DNA of 64,000 nt from Octopus vulgaris (lineage: Eukaryota). Position 1 is the stretch's first letter. Every line of letters starts with the position of its first letter. This document shows, piece by piece, positions 28,722 to 43,031 of the stretch. The translations under genes were made by a program, and so were the position numbers. A model generated the notes under the pieces. The model was not told the DNA's origin. It was given only the letters and a program-made list of their open reading frames with translations, and did no database searches. Location: positions 11,966,001 to 12,030,000 of the forward strand of contig OX597835.1 in assembly GCA_951406725.2 (NCBI GenBank), given 5' to 3'.

Positions 28722-28971
28722 TAGTTGAAGTTCTCTTATGAGACTCGGGAAAATGGTGAGGATTTTCACTTCTGAATAACCTCAAAATGACCTTTCGGAA
28801 ATGCTCACTGAAGGACTTCAAGACTCAATTATGTTACAGGAGCGCATAAATTTCATATTTCTTAGTACACCTAAACAGTTACGGTTTCAAAGAAGAGTAT
28901 TAATGCTGTTTGTGGAAAGCCTTCCATTTTACAAAAGTACAACAGAGTATTGTGAAGACTGTATGCCAGTC
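28722..28971. repeat. Local duplication, copy 2
   Basis: Matches 26699-26948. Confidence 0.92.
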
Positions 28972-30063
28972 GGGGATAAGCATCATTTCGAATTACACTT
29001 AGAGGAAGGTGAAATAATTTATTCCGAATAAATTCGTTTATTGCAGTTGTTTATGACAGCAATTCATTGGAAAGTTTAGCATTATATAACTGTAGCGAGG
29101 ACCATAAAGAACAAATCAATGATATTACGTAGTAAGTTAAGACTTAATATTAAGCTACTCCGATGCTAAAGGTATCCAGGACACCGAACTAACGAAACTG
29201 CAGATAAAAATGTCATTAATTCTCCGATATGCAATCAGAGACAGTTCGCATAAATATTGCAGATAGCATACGGAGTTAGAATTGTTTCGTTCACGAGAGG
29301 TTTAATGTGGCGCATTCATTAATGTGCTTAAGAAATACAGGTACGAAGCAAAATGTAATAGATATAAACGGATTACCATAGTTGATCAATAAGGCCATCT
29401 CTAGAGAAAGAAAGAAAGAAAACGGTTAGAAATAAAATAAAATAATAATAAAAACATTCAACAAATGAGAATTTAATCTGAGCTTATTTAGAACATTGTG
29501 AGATGTAATTCAATAGATATCTCACCAAGATTACTATTACAGATAAACATGAAATAAATATTGACACGACTCCAATAACAAATAATAACAACCATAATAA
29601 TAATAATAATAATAATAATAATAGCAACAACATTTGTACTATGTCACAAAGCTTTGGAGGAAAGCATTTGGCTGATTCCATATGATGTCTTACCGATTCC
29701 AGATAATACGAACAACGATCAATTAGATGTAAAGTTTTCCCCCCTTCTTCTTCCACGCAAACAGCCATTATCTTCGGTAAAACGTGATTTCTTCACATAT
29801 CTACCCCCATCTATCATGCAAACTACACAGCGTCTTCCTCTCTGAGACACAAATCTGTTTTTCTATCTCTCGCTCACGAACGGATAGAGGAGGACTGAAT
29901 GTGTAGCACCACCTGCGGGATTTGAACGCCGTTTCTACTGCTCTAACCATTACAATAAAGCAACGTTACGAATCTTGATCTCTCAAAATTAGTCGACTTA
30001 AGCTAAGTTGACCTGAGGATATATTAATGGCCTTGAGCAAGGCTCTCAAAATATATCATGATA

Positions 30064-30204
30064 TAGCGGTTCGGCAAAAGAGCCCGATAGAATAAGTACT
30101 AGGCTTACAAAGAATAAGTTCTAGGGTCGATTTGCTCGACTAAAGGTGGTGCTCCAGCATGGCCACAGTCAAAAGACTGAAACAAGTAAAAGAGTAAAAG
30201 AGTA
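30064..30204 (+). mobile_element. SINE family A, 3' fragment
   Basis: tagcggttcggcaaaagag...gactgaaacaagtaaaagagtaaaagagta. Confidence 0.88.
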
Positions 30205-30212
30205 TATATTAT

Positions 30213-30424
30213 TACTCTTTTACTTGTTTCAGCTATTTGACTGCGGCCATGCTGGAGCACCGCCTTTAATCGAGCAACTCGACCCCGGGACTTATTCTTT
30301 TGTAAGCCCAGTACTTATTCTATCGGTCTCTTTTGCCGAACCGCTAAGTGACGGGGACGTAAACACACCAGCATCGGTTGTCAAGCAATGCTAGGGGGAC
30401 AAACACAGACACACAAACACACAC
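30213..30424 (-). mobile_element. SINE family A, 3' half (inverted relative to 30064-30204)
   Basis: tactcttttacttgtttcag...ctagggggacaaacacagac. Confidence 0.9.
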
Positions 30425-30504
30425 TACATTATTCTACATTATTATTTAACTTTATTTTTAGATTTTTTTGCCAATCTAAAAATAGCTGGTTTCTATGTAT
30501 TGTA

Positions 30505-30725
30505 TACTCTTTTATTCTTTTACTTGTTTCAGTCATTAGTCTGCGACCATGCTGAGGTACCGCCTTAAAGGGTTTTAATCGAAGAAATCGATCACAAGAC
30601 TTATTCTTTGTAAGCTTTGTATTCTATCGCATACTTTTGCCAACTGTTAAGTTACGGGGACGTGAACACACCAACATCGGTCGTCAAGTAATGGAGTGGG
30701 GAAAAACACAGATACTAAGACACAG
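30505..30725 (-). mobile_element. SINE family A, 3' half, diverged
   Basis: tacttgtttcagtcattagtctgcgaccatgctg...gttacggggacgtgaacacacc. Confidence 0.82.
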
Positions 30726-31098
30726 TATATAAGTGTATATTTGTATCACGGGTGGTTTTATACTCATGGTTCACAGAAATGTAGGCAGAATGTTACACTT
30801 GATATCTGCCTATATTTCTGGGGACTATAAGTATGTCACACTTTATAAGTACATATATGAAGAGTACCTCATTGTGTCAGATTGATGGCCGTTTCACATT
30901 TAGCTTGGTTGCTTTGATTTACTTTTTATCCATGCATGTATGCGGTTATAACTTTCCACGTGACACATGCATGGCCATAGGACAAACTACAATGTGCCCC
31001 GAGAAGGGAAATGATAGTGAAACATTTGTATGTCATTGAATTTAAGTAACAAAAACTTGTACAAGATTTCTGCCATAAAATATTCCAGTGACATACAT

Positions 31099-31445
31099 CT
31101 GATCTGAGACCCTCTTCGGTCAGACACTGACCATAGGATTGCACCTAGAAAGTTACCCTCCCAGGCACAAGTCCGGGCAAGGTTGTTTATGGAAGACTAG
31201 CAGTCGCCCATGCATGCCAGCCTCCCCTCTCCACGCCACCAGTGTTATCCAAGGGAAAGGCAAAGGGGCCGATACAGCTTGGCACCTGTGACGTCGCAAC
31301 TCATTTCTACAGCTGAGTGGACTGGAGCAACGTGAAATAAAGGGTTTTGCTCAAGAACACAACAGGCAGCCCGGTCCGGGATTCGAGCTCACAACCTCAC
31401 GATCGTAAGTTCGATGCTCTAACCACTGAGCCATGCGCCTTCACA
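31099..31445 (-). mobile_element. tRNA-derived SINE family D with 12-bp TSD
   Basis: Head gaaggcgcatggctcagtggttagagcatcg...gagctcgaatccc; TSD agtgacatacat at 31087-31098 and 31446-31457. Confidence 0.88.
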
Positions 31446-32231
31446 AGTGACATACATACATACAAACAAAAATTATGGAGCTTTGGATCTAGGTTAGAAA
31501 CCGATTCTTTCTCTATTGGCAAGAAATTTTGAAATAAACTAAATAATGACATGCATACATATATACATACATACATACATACATGCCTGTATACATGCGT
31601 GCGACTGCATCTATAGCAAATCGACAAGAATTTCTGTAATGTTTGAAGAATGAAGATAATAAATTTATGAAACCAAAATTCGAAAAAAGAATCCAATCTA
31701 TCAATAATTAAATACAGTTCTTCAATTATGCATAACTTATGCTTCAGTTATTTCGTACAAATCGAATTATTTCGATGTTATGTTATACAATACGCCATGT
31801 TACTACAACTGAAGACATTGATAAAAAAATATCATATACCACATGAAAAAGAAACAATGATATTGAAGATATCAATGATAAGATATCACCGAATCAGAAG
31901 AGTTGTACCAGACAGTATCAATATGTCGATATTATAATGAGGAAACAGCAGCCGAAGGAATGGTAAGTAAAAAGCTGTACATGTGTTGGTGTGTTTCTAC
32001 CAGCAAATAAAACACTCGTGTCACGTGTTTATACGTTCTCTCTATCTCTACCCCTCACTATGCTCTCTCTCTTTCTTTCTCTCTCTCTCGTTCAGTCTCT
32101 TTCACTGTGTATACACACACACATATATATGTTTATATACATACATATTTGTTAAGTAAGATGTAAGTTAGATGTTGTGCAACCAACTAAGGGATAGATG
32201 TATCCGTAGGCACACCTGGTATATTACCTTA

Positions 32232-32591
32232 GTGGAGGCGCAATGGCCCAGTGGTTAGGGCAGCGGATTCGCGGTCATAGGATCGCGGTTTCGATTCCCA
32301 GACCGGGCGTTGTCAGTGTTTATTGAGCGAAAACACATAAAAGCTCCACGAGGCTCCGGCAGGGGATGGTGGTGACCCCCTGCTGTACTCTTTCACCACA
32401 ACTTTCTCTCACTCTTACTTCCTGTTTCTGTTGCACCTGTATTTCAAAGGGCCGGCCTTGTCACTCTCTGTGTCACACTGAATATCCCCGAGAACTACGT
32501 TAAGGGTACACGTGTCTGTGGAGTGCTCAGCCACTTACACGTTAATTTCACGAGCAGGCTGTTCCGTTGATTCGGATCAACCGGAACCCTC
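32232..32591 (+). mobile_element. tRNA-derived SINE family C
   Basis: ggaggcgcaatggcccagtggttagggcagcgg...ggtttcgattccc (A and B boxes); 5' half homologous to 43584-43760. Confidence 0.85.
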
Positions 32592-32944
32592 ATGTTTTTT
32601 ATTTGCCACACAAGCATCAGATGAGAACAGTTCAAATTTGTGTAGTGGAGGGGAGTTAGTGAGGTACCTAAAATCGTTAAGAAAAATCTTAAGGGATTGT
32701 TATTAGGGAGAAATGAGAAGAAAACCTATGCATAATATACAAAATATGTGAGTACATGGACGATGAAATCCTCTTGATACATCAGATCTTCCAACTGGGG
32801 TCGATCAATGAGCCCCACATATCCAAGACCATCCTGAATACCAAGACGAAGAACAGTCGCCCCACCGTAGTCCTCCGATTTATAAGGTTTGGTGCAGTTC
32901 CATTCCGCCTCACCATTTTTGCCATTGATACCGATCTCTTGATT

Positions 32945-33350
32945 TACTCTTTTACTCTCTTTTACTCTTTTACTTGTTTCAGTCATTTGACTGTGGCCAT
33001 GCTGGAGCACCGCCTTCAGTCGAGTAAATCGATCCCGGGACTTATTCTTTGTAAGCCCAGTACTTATTCTATCGGTGTCTTTTTGCCGAACCGCTAAGTG
33101 ACGGGGACGTAAACACACCAGCATCGGTTGTCAAGCAATGCTAGGGGACAAACACACACACACACATATATACATATATATACATATATACGACAGGCTT
33201 CTTTCAGTTTCCGTCTACCAAATCCACTCTCAAGGCATTGGTCGGCCCGGGGCTATAGCAGAAGACACTTGCCCAAGATGCCACGCAGTGGGACTGAACC
33301 CGGAACCATATGGTTGGTTAGCAAACTACTTACCACACAGCCACTCCTGC
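32945..33350 (-). mobile_element. SINE family A, near full-length
   Basis: High similarity to other family A copies. Confidence 0.92.
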
Positions 33351-33857
33351 TTTTGATATGCTTTTTCCTTTTTTTTGTCTAGTTGTTTTGTTTCGTTGTT
33401 TTATTGTTTCTAAACATTGTTGCTTTCGTCAAGATTAGAGGATTTTTAATGGTATGCATGTTTGTGAGTGAACTGAACAGTAAAACTAATTAAGGGTTTA
33501 TCATTTATTGTCAGAGTTTATTTTGTTTCCTGGTTCAGATGTATGCATATAGATTGTGTCAGTTAAACTAATTAAAGATCTTTGTTTAATTCATTGGTGG
33601 TATATTTTAATCATGGTTCTGCACTGTCGGTTTATGTCTGTTTTGATTCTAGTAAAACGTTGCGTATAAATCCCGTGCATTTAATTATCTCCTCTTGATT
33701 TCTCCCTGACCTCATCTAAATGCGCATGCTAATTTAATCCCCAGTTACATCGCACGCAGTTACTAAAACTTTTCGGTGATTTTATCAGCTCAATATATGA
33801 CGAAATAAATATTTCGACGAGAAAACCTTGGCGTGATGTATCTGTGCATGTGTGCCT

Positions 33858-33911
<54 letters not shown>

Positions 33912-33973
33912 GTGTGAGTGTGTAGTTAAAGTATGTTCTATTCTTGTAAGCATTACATCCTATTTCATAAATA

Positions 33974-34861
33974 CGTAACCTGTAAAACTAAAACTCTTTG
34001 ATAATGTTACATAAGTGCAATTGCCATTTTGCATTGTGGTATCTTGGTTTAGGTTTTTGATCTATCCCTAGTTACTAAAACCACCACATTTTCACCCTAT
34101 AGGATCGTTATTTCATATCCCGCCTTCATATTTAGTAAGAGACAGAAGGCGGTGAGGTGGCAGAACCGTTAGCACACAGAGAAAAATGCTTAGTGATATC
34201 TCGTCCGTCTTCACATTCTGAGTTCAAATTCCGTCGAGGTCGATTTTTGCCTTTTCGTCTTTTGGTAGACGATAAAAGAAGTTCCAGCTTAACAGTGAGG
34301 TCGATGAATCGACTGAGGCCCTTCCTCTTATATTGCTGTTCTTGTGCCAAAATATTTGAGACCAATATTTAGTATGAAACGTTGGGTTGTTTTGACGACA
34401 CACATTCTTTAATCTGAAGTGAAAGACAATAGAATTTAATGTTGTTCTTGATAGATTTAAATTCAGTATTAGAGAAATATAAAATCACTGACATCTTTGA
34501 AGGCACCTTTGTAAAGTGAGATCACTTACTCAATTGGGTTGTGGAATACTGGTATAGTTGACAAGGCAGAATATTTTTTTATATTTTCTGGGAAAGGAAA
34601 TACAAGAAGATTAAGTTGCATTTTAAAACCTCACGTGAAGAACATAAAGAAGAAAATGATGGAAATTGTGAATTCGAAACGTGGTTCTTACATCTTGTTG
34701 CATTCTATATATTATAATCGAATTATTTAATAAAACTTGTTCTTGTGGTGTGAAGAATACAAAATCATGTTTATCATTATTTTGTATCATATCTATAGAC
34801 ACATCGTAACCTGTAAAACTAAAACTCTTTGATAATGTTACATAAGTGCAATTGACATTTT
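33974..34861. repeat. 57-bp direct repeat pair (33974-34030 and 34805-34861)
   Basis: cgtaacctgtaaaactaaaactctttgataatgttacataagtgcaattg(c/a)catttt, 1 mismatch. Confidence 0.9.
34147..34369 (+). mobile_element. SINE family B, diverged
   Basis: aggcggtgaggtggcagaaccgttagc...ttctgagttcaaattccg. Confidence 0.8.
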
Positions 34862-35030
34862 CTATTATTTTAGAGATCTAATCATTTTGTTTAACGTTGT
34901 GTCGTTTTTTGTGACGATATCTATAAAATCTTTGAAATGTTGCGAAAAGAAAATAATTCACAGTTAAAAGGAGAAAAAAAAAAAAAAAGAGAAATGTAAG
35001 TAAGTTTTATTTCTGCGTTGTTGTAGTCGA

Positions 35031-35062
<32 letters not shown>

Positions 35063-35187
35063 GTATTTTTCAGTGTGAATATCGGAAACTGATTTCTTTG
35101 AAGTAATTTGTAGGACACTGCACATGTCAATTACTGTGGATAATGCGCGCAAACATGCATGCATGCATAGACATATACATACATACA

Positions 35188-35219
<32 letters not shown>

Positions 35220-35373
35220 CATATGTGTATATATATGTAAGTATGTATGTATATATATATACATATATAGTATGTGTATTTGTATGTATATATGTGTGTG
35301 CATACAAATATACACGCATAAATTTCTACATACAAGCATACATACATGCATACATATATATATGTATATATAT

Positions 35374-35418
<45 letters not shown>

Positions 35419-35454
35419 CACATATACATATATGTGTGTGTGCGCACGCAAATA

Positions 35455-36082
35455 TACATACATACATACATGCATGCATACATACATACATACATACATA
35501 CATGCATACATACATACATACATACATACATACATACATACATACATACATACATACATACATACATACATACATACATACATACATACATACATACATA
35601 CATACATACATACATACATACATACATACATACATACATACATACATACATACATACATACATACATACATACATACATACATACATACATACATACATA
35701 CATACATACATACATACATACATACATACATACATACATACATACATACATACATACATACATACATACATACATACATACATACATAATACATACATAC
35801 ATACATACATAAATACATACATACATACATACATACATACATGCATGCATACATACATACATACATACATACATACATACATACATACATACGTACATAC
35901 ATACATACATACATACATACATACATACATTCATACATACATACATACATACATACATACATACATACATACATACGTACATACATACATACATACATAC
36001 ATACATTCATACATACATACATACATACATACATGCATACATACATGCATACATACATACATACGTACATACGTACATACAT
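35455..36082. repeat. (ACAT)n array
   Basis: About 630 bp tetranucleotide run. Confidence 0.97.
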
Positions 36083-36694
36083 AAAGCTCAACCACGAGCA
36101 ACAAGTAAATTTTCGTTTTTGCGCACATTGCTCGCGTCTTAATTATGTTTACTAAATCAATTACGTGATTACAGAAGTAATTTTATTGTGAAGTAGTTTG
36201 CTTAACACAAATTAAATTATATTTGTAATCAGGAAAGCAAAATCCACAAAGAGAGAAAGTTAGGAAGAAGTTTTGATTATTGTGGTAAAAGGTTATTACA
36301 ATGACATTTTAACTAGTTTTCTCCCGTTCTCTAGTATTGGACTGATATGTTTAAAGTTTGCCGATATTCTGTTCGGCAGCGAAGATATATTTTACGATGT
36401 GTATCTAATAAACAGCTTCAGATACTATTAATAGGTGTTTCTTGTGAGAATATTAACAAATTAAACCAGTCGTTAATTGAACCAGTCGATAATCGCATAA
36501 GATATAGTAGTGATACTTTGATAATACAGAGATTAGGATTAATAAAAAATAATAATGGTTATTTTATAGTTAATGTTAAGATTAAAAGTTGTTTCATTAT
36601 GGAACGGTTGTGATATTTTAACACAATTTTATCAGATGTATTCGTGTTAAATTCTGTATCTAAGCAGTGTTGTTGTATTCTGATAAATAATTTT

Positions 36695-37069
36695 AAGGCA
36701 GCCAACTGGTAAAATCGTTAGCACGCCATATAAGAGTGTTTATCGGCATTTCGTCAGTCCTTACATTGTGAGTTCAAATACTGCTGAGGTCGACTTTGCT
36801 TTTCATCTGTTTCTGGGTTGGTAAAATAAAAATACTCATCTAAGCCCTAGAACTACTAACCTTGTGCCAAAAGTTGAATCCATTATGATTAATAACTGTT
36901 TCTACTAGAAGCACAAGTCCAGCGATTCGTGGGGAGGCGTTAAGTCGATTACATCGACCCCAGTGCATCAACTGGTACTTATTTTATTGACCCCGAATGG
37001 ATGAAATTCAAAGTCAAACTCAATGGAATTTGAACTCAGAACGCAAAACCGGAAGAAATACCACCGCCT
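36695..37069. mobile_element. Two diverged SINE family B copies tail-to-tail (+ 36695-36885, - 36897-37069)
   Basis: gagttcaaatactgctgaggtcgactttgc on +; gtcgattacatcgaccccagtgc...ggaatttgaactcagaacg on -. Confidence 0.75.
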
Positions 37070-37389
37070 ATAATGGATGCGACTAAGATTAGTTGGTTAC
37101 ATGTACCATGCTTTCTTTAATGGTTTTAGATACGTATGCAGTCGTGAGTAGACATAGGTATCCTCTTGACCCCTTACCCTTTGTCCCAGCGATACATCCA
37201 TGGTATGAAAGTTGCAAGGAGAAAGAGAGAGGGGAGAGAGAGAGTGAGAACTGCACCAGCACTTGGCAGTGTAAACTGAAGAAGTATGATAAAGTTTCTT
37301 GTTAAAAGAGACAATACAACATCCTCTCTAAGAATTGAACCCAGGTTATTATGATCCTGAGCGGAATACCCTTGTGATAAGTCCACACA

Positions 37390-37572
37390 TACTCTTTTAC
37401 TTGTTTCAGTCATTTGACTGCGGCCATGCTGGAGCAAATCTACCCCAGGACTTAAGTCTAGTACTTATTCTATCGGTCCATTTTACCGAACCGCAAAGTT
37501 ACGGGGACGTAAAGACACCACCGTCGATTATCAAGTGATGGTGGAGGGACAAACACAGACACACAAACATAT

Positions 37573-37657
<85 letters not shown>

Positions 37658-37698
37658 CCTACATATATACATATACATATATATATATATATACATAC

Positions 37699-37756
<58 letters not shown>

Positions 37757-37895
37757 GATATATATGAAAATGCAATTTAAACGATAACATCGTTTAAATT
37801 ATCAAACCTTTTTATATATATATATATATATAGACTGAACCCAGAACTGTGTGGTTGGTAAGCAAGCTACTTACCACACAGCCACTCCTACGCCT
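37390..37895 (-). mobile_element. SINE family A with central part lost or replaced by (AT)n
   Basis: 3' half at 37390-37570 and head at 37833-37895; the cgacaggc...gtgg segment is missing. Confidence 0.82.
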
Positions 37896-38289
37896 ATAAA
37901 TATACTATCGTAAAGTTTGTATAACGCTTGTTATTCCAACTTACGTGCTGCTGGGATATAACAGCATTTATGTCATAAATATAGTAGTAATTTTAAATAA
38001 ACTTAGTACATGGGTTTGCTAATGTACAGGAATAATTAAAAACTGTTAGAAGCGAGTATACACAGAATGACAAACACATAAAGAACGACCTGTTAGCAAT
38101 TTCAGTTAATATTATTTAGAGATCGACTATAATATGATTATAGTAGGTATTACGTCGGTGTGTCTATATGTGGTCTACGGCAAAGTGAGAGAAAAACAAG
38201 CAGAAAAGATGGTCAAGTGATATAACAAACAATAGATGCATTGTGGTTTGTTTAAGTTCTTACGCTTAACTGCGCAGACGGATGGAGTG

Positions 38290-38922
<633 letters not shown>

Positions 38923-40491
38923 GTAAACTTTGATGAAACTGAACTTATATTAGAATCATTTGGTTAATCCTTATGTGTACAGTATTTATCGACCGCGGTT
39001 CAGAATGACATGGCACTGTTAATATTTGTTACTCTGTTTTGTCTTCGAGATCGAAAACTGATAATCGATCTAAAAGGAGGATAATTAGGAAATAAGCGTT
39101 GCTGTCAACACTTCAAAGTTACCAAACTTTTCCCAAATCACTCTCAATGTCTTTGCTTTAGTTCTGAGATTATCAGGGAAGTATTCTTATTGAATTTCCG
39201 ATAGACCATTTCAAACAACCATTCTCTGTTAAATTTATTTATACAAAAGCGATTAGTATATTAATGGAGTAGCGAATGTTTGCTAACCTTTACTTCAATA
39301 ATGGCGTTCTGTGGGAAATGTACGGAAGTGTTTTAAGCTCTTCGCAAACCGAAATATCTCCTGTTTTGAATTATGCCATTTCCACAATATATATTATATG
39401 TAGCGTTCGAATTCCAACAGACCAAAGTATTCTCGAGAGAGTAAACCAGAAGAAAAAAAGATATTCATATATGATTCTTTGACATTCATATTGAAAAATG
39501 GTGTAGCTCTTTTAGTGATATAAACTAGGAAGAACTGACAATTTAAATGACACAAGAACATGCAATCTGTTCCATGGGGGTGACTGAGGGCTAAAACAAC
39601 AAAAACCCATTTTAGTAATGATTTAGATAAAAATCTTACAAACGTATATAATTTTCTCAATTCTTTCTTTCCATTCAAAGAATAAATATAACTTCATGTA
39701 TCTTAAATGAAACAAGAATTTTCGCAATAATATTAAATGACTATACCCTTTTTATTCACAGACATATCATGGGTTAAATAGGATCATTAGCAGAATAAAT
39801 ATTTGCTTGGTGCCAAAGAGCCATCTACTATTATTAATTACAAAATTATATTTGTTATTCAAAAGACTGGTTGCCTTATCTCTGGATTACTCAACAATGT
39901 TGCCTGAAAGCAGTTTCAATTATATGTATTGAAATACGAAATTATTGTTTTGATGACGATAATTATTATGCATTTCAGTAAATGGACTCGAAAATATTTC
40001 CTACCGTTTTAAACATAAGCTATTCAAAGGTCCTGGCTTTCTCTGCTTATCAAATACGCTTAATGTTGGTGTTATTCTTACACATAGAGTAGAAAAAAAG
40101 ATAAGGAAGGTCCTTGTCATCAACGATGGACTCTAAGGTACGTGACTAAGAATCAAACATTCGTAAATACTTTTAATTTACCATGTTTCGAAATAATCTC
40201 CTTAATGTATGTTTAGATAAACATGCACTTATTGGCAGTTTGTGGAAATATAACGAACTTAGCTGCGCTCTTCGGCTAATAATATACTTCGGCGATGAAG
40301 CAATATGGCTGTGGTTCTTTTAGTTACGATCTACAATTGAAATAGCATATGGAGAGTCATGTGCGATGGGAATTAAGCTTAGTGATGTGGCATTAAATGA
40401 AGAGGATAAGAGGAAGAGCTGGGAGTACGGTGGAAGGAAGAGAGGAAAAGAGAGAGGGAAGGAGACATGGACAAATGAATAGAGCTTCTAC

Positions 40492-40545
<54 letters not shown>

Positions 40546-40576
40546 TTGTATATTTATATCTATATATATCTATATC

Positions 40577-40612
<36 letters not shown>

Positions 40613-40619
40613 AAGATAT

Positions 40620-40665
<46 letters not shown>

Positions 40666-41719
40666 ATATATATATGTGTGTGTGTGTATGTAAGCATATA
40701 TATATATATATGCGTGTGTATATATATGCTCTATCTGCTTGTCTCTTTCCCTCTCTCTTTAAATATGTGTATACATATAACATGTACTTGTGTGTGTGTG
40801 TGTATGTATGTGTGATGAGGGAGAGCAAGAGAGAAGTATTTGGTAATGTTTTTCAACGGCAGATTATGTAAATATCTTTATTGAACAAAAACTTTGCACT
40901 CGCTAAAAGCAACCGAAGAAACACGGCCAAATGCTACGCTGCGAGTTAAAAGGATTTGATTTATTTGGTGGGAAACTCTTTGTTGGATCATTAGAGCTCT
41001 GATCCAGATGCCATGCGGTATGTACATCTGCTCTTTTTGTTTTGAGTTCAAATCCTGTTGATGACGATATAATCACCTGTGCTTTTTCCCTAAGTCTCTA
41101 ATCTTCTGGGGTTTTTTTCTACAACCACACCATATTCTAAAAGTTAAATACGCCAAGCTGGCAGAATCGTTGCCGCATCGGACAAAATGCTTAGAGGCAT
41201 TTATTTTATTTCTCTGGTTGCTAACATTCTGCGTTCAAATACTGACGCTGCTTTTCAGCCTCTCGGGGTCGAGATTAATAAGTGCCACTCTTACTACTGG
41301 TGTCGAGGCAATCGAGTTGGTCTGTTGATGATTTTGTGTCGAAATTAGAAAGAAATTATCCAAACTGAAGAAAAGAGAAAAGCAGATGTGAAGGAAAGGG
41401 AAAACAAAGAAGCCGAAATATAACGATGAAGAAATTCAGTAGTAGTAGTAGTAGTAGTAGTAGTAGTTGTTGTTGTTGTTGTTGTTGTTGTTGCTGTTGT
41501 TGCTCTTGTCTAGTTTTACTATTTTGTCGTCGGATTTCAAGTTCATCCGATGTCAAACCCTCTTCCATAATTATTTGTTCAGGAAATGAAGAAATTAAGA
41601 CTCTCTCTCTTTCTTTCTTCTTCTTCTTCTTCTTCTTCTCTCTCTCTCTCTCTCTTTATTTCTTCTTCTTCTTCTCTCTCTCTCCTTCTGCTCCAAAATG
41701 CATAAATGAACTTGTAGCG

Positions 41720-42245
41720 AAGAAGGAGAAGAAGAAGAAGAAGAAGCAGAAGAAGAAGAAGCAGAAGAAGAAGCAGAAGAAGAAGCAGAAGAAGAAGAAG
41801 AAGAAGAAGAAGAAGAAGAAGAAGAAGAAGAAGAAGAAGAAGAAGAAGAAGAAGAAGAAGAAGAAGAAGAAGAAGAAGAAGAAGAAGAAGAAGAAGAAGA
41901 AGAAGAAGAAGAAGCAGAAGAAGAAGAAGAAGAAGAAGAAGAAGAAGAAGAAGAAGAAGAAGAAGAAGAAGAAGAAGAAGAAGAAGAAGAAGAAGAAGAA
42001 GAAGAAGAAGAAGAAGAAGAAGAAGAAGAGAAGAAGAAGAAGAAGAAGCAGAAGAAGAAGCAGAAGAAGAAGAAGTAGGAGAAGAAGAAGAAGAAGAAGA
42101 AGAAGAAGAAGAAGAAGAAAAAGAAGAAGAAGCAGAAGAAGAAGAAGAAGAAGAAGAAAAAGAAGAAGAAAGAAGAAGAAGAAGAAGAAGAAGAAGAAGA
42201 AGAAGAAGAAGAAGAAGAAGAAGAAGCAGCAGCAGCAGCAGCAGC
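41720..42245. repeat. (GAA)n tract of about 520 bp ending in (GCA)n
   Basis: Long polypurine run; source of the poly-K and poly-L ORFs. Confidence 0.97.
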
Positions 42246-42868
42246 TGCGTATGTGAGTAATGTATGGCTGTCTCCTTCAATTCAATTGCGGACGATATTC
42301 TTATTTGGATCACCATAATATCTTATTGAAACAATATGGAGAATAATATGAAATTCGGTGGCATAAGAAACCTGAATTAAATATATTGGAAGATGGTTGC
42401 CATTTGTCTCAATATGAATGTATAAAATGTATTGTTACTATCGTTAATTAGTTCCATGTTTTATTTGAGGGTCTGTTCTTCTTCCTCGTGTTGTTGACGG
42501 TCATCATCGTCGTGTTGAATTAATTAATGTTGTTGTGGCTGATGTAGCACATCGAGGTATCCAGTTGTGGTTTGTTAAATTCAGAGATCGAATTCTGTAG
42601 AGTTCAGCTCTAGCAATTATTCTTCTGGGATGAGGCGACGACTTAGCAGAACCTTTTGCACGCTTGAAAATATAAAGGCTTAGCTGCATTTCTTCTGGGT
42701 TTACGTTTCGAGTTCAAATACCACTGGGGTCGACTTTGCCTTTAGAGCACTGGGGTCGATGTTATTGATTTTCTCTAAGATTACTAGCAATTCCTCTACG
42801 ATTTCCTGCCTTGTGTTAAAATTACAAAGAACTGTTCTCAGGGGGTCAAAGAAACAAAGTAAACCCCT

Positions 42869-43031
42869 CCGTAGCATAGCTAAGAGTTGGGGCAGGCGGT
42901 CCACCCCGGACGGGGCTTTATGGGAACGGCGCTTTTCAGTCTGGTGTGTAAGCCTATAATGGGGTGTGAAGAGGCGAGTGACGGGAAATCAATAGACCGA
43001 CCCCCAGCGGTACACGCTCTAGCGACACCAT
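42869..43031. mobile_element. Probable hAT-type MITE (CAGTGGCGTAGCTA-like ends), degenerate
   Basis: ccgtagcatagctaagag ... ctctagcgacaccat; flanked by similar aaacccct / aaacccgc (possible 8-bp TSD); GC-rich. Confidence 0.45.

Noticed and set aside
26778-29031. Duplicated ORF MLTEGLQDSIMLQERIN as a tandem gene pair
   Set aside because: Short, no recognisable domain or splice structure; similarity is explained by the DNA duplication
31365-31442. tRNA genes (also 32232-32305, 43584-43655)
   Set aside because: tRNA-like heads continue into SINE bodies, two with TSDs; no complete cloverleaf
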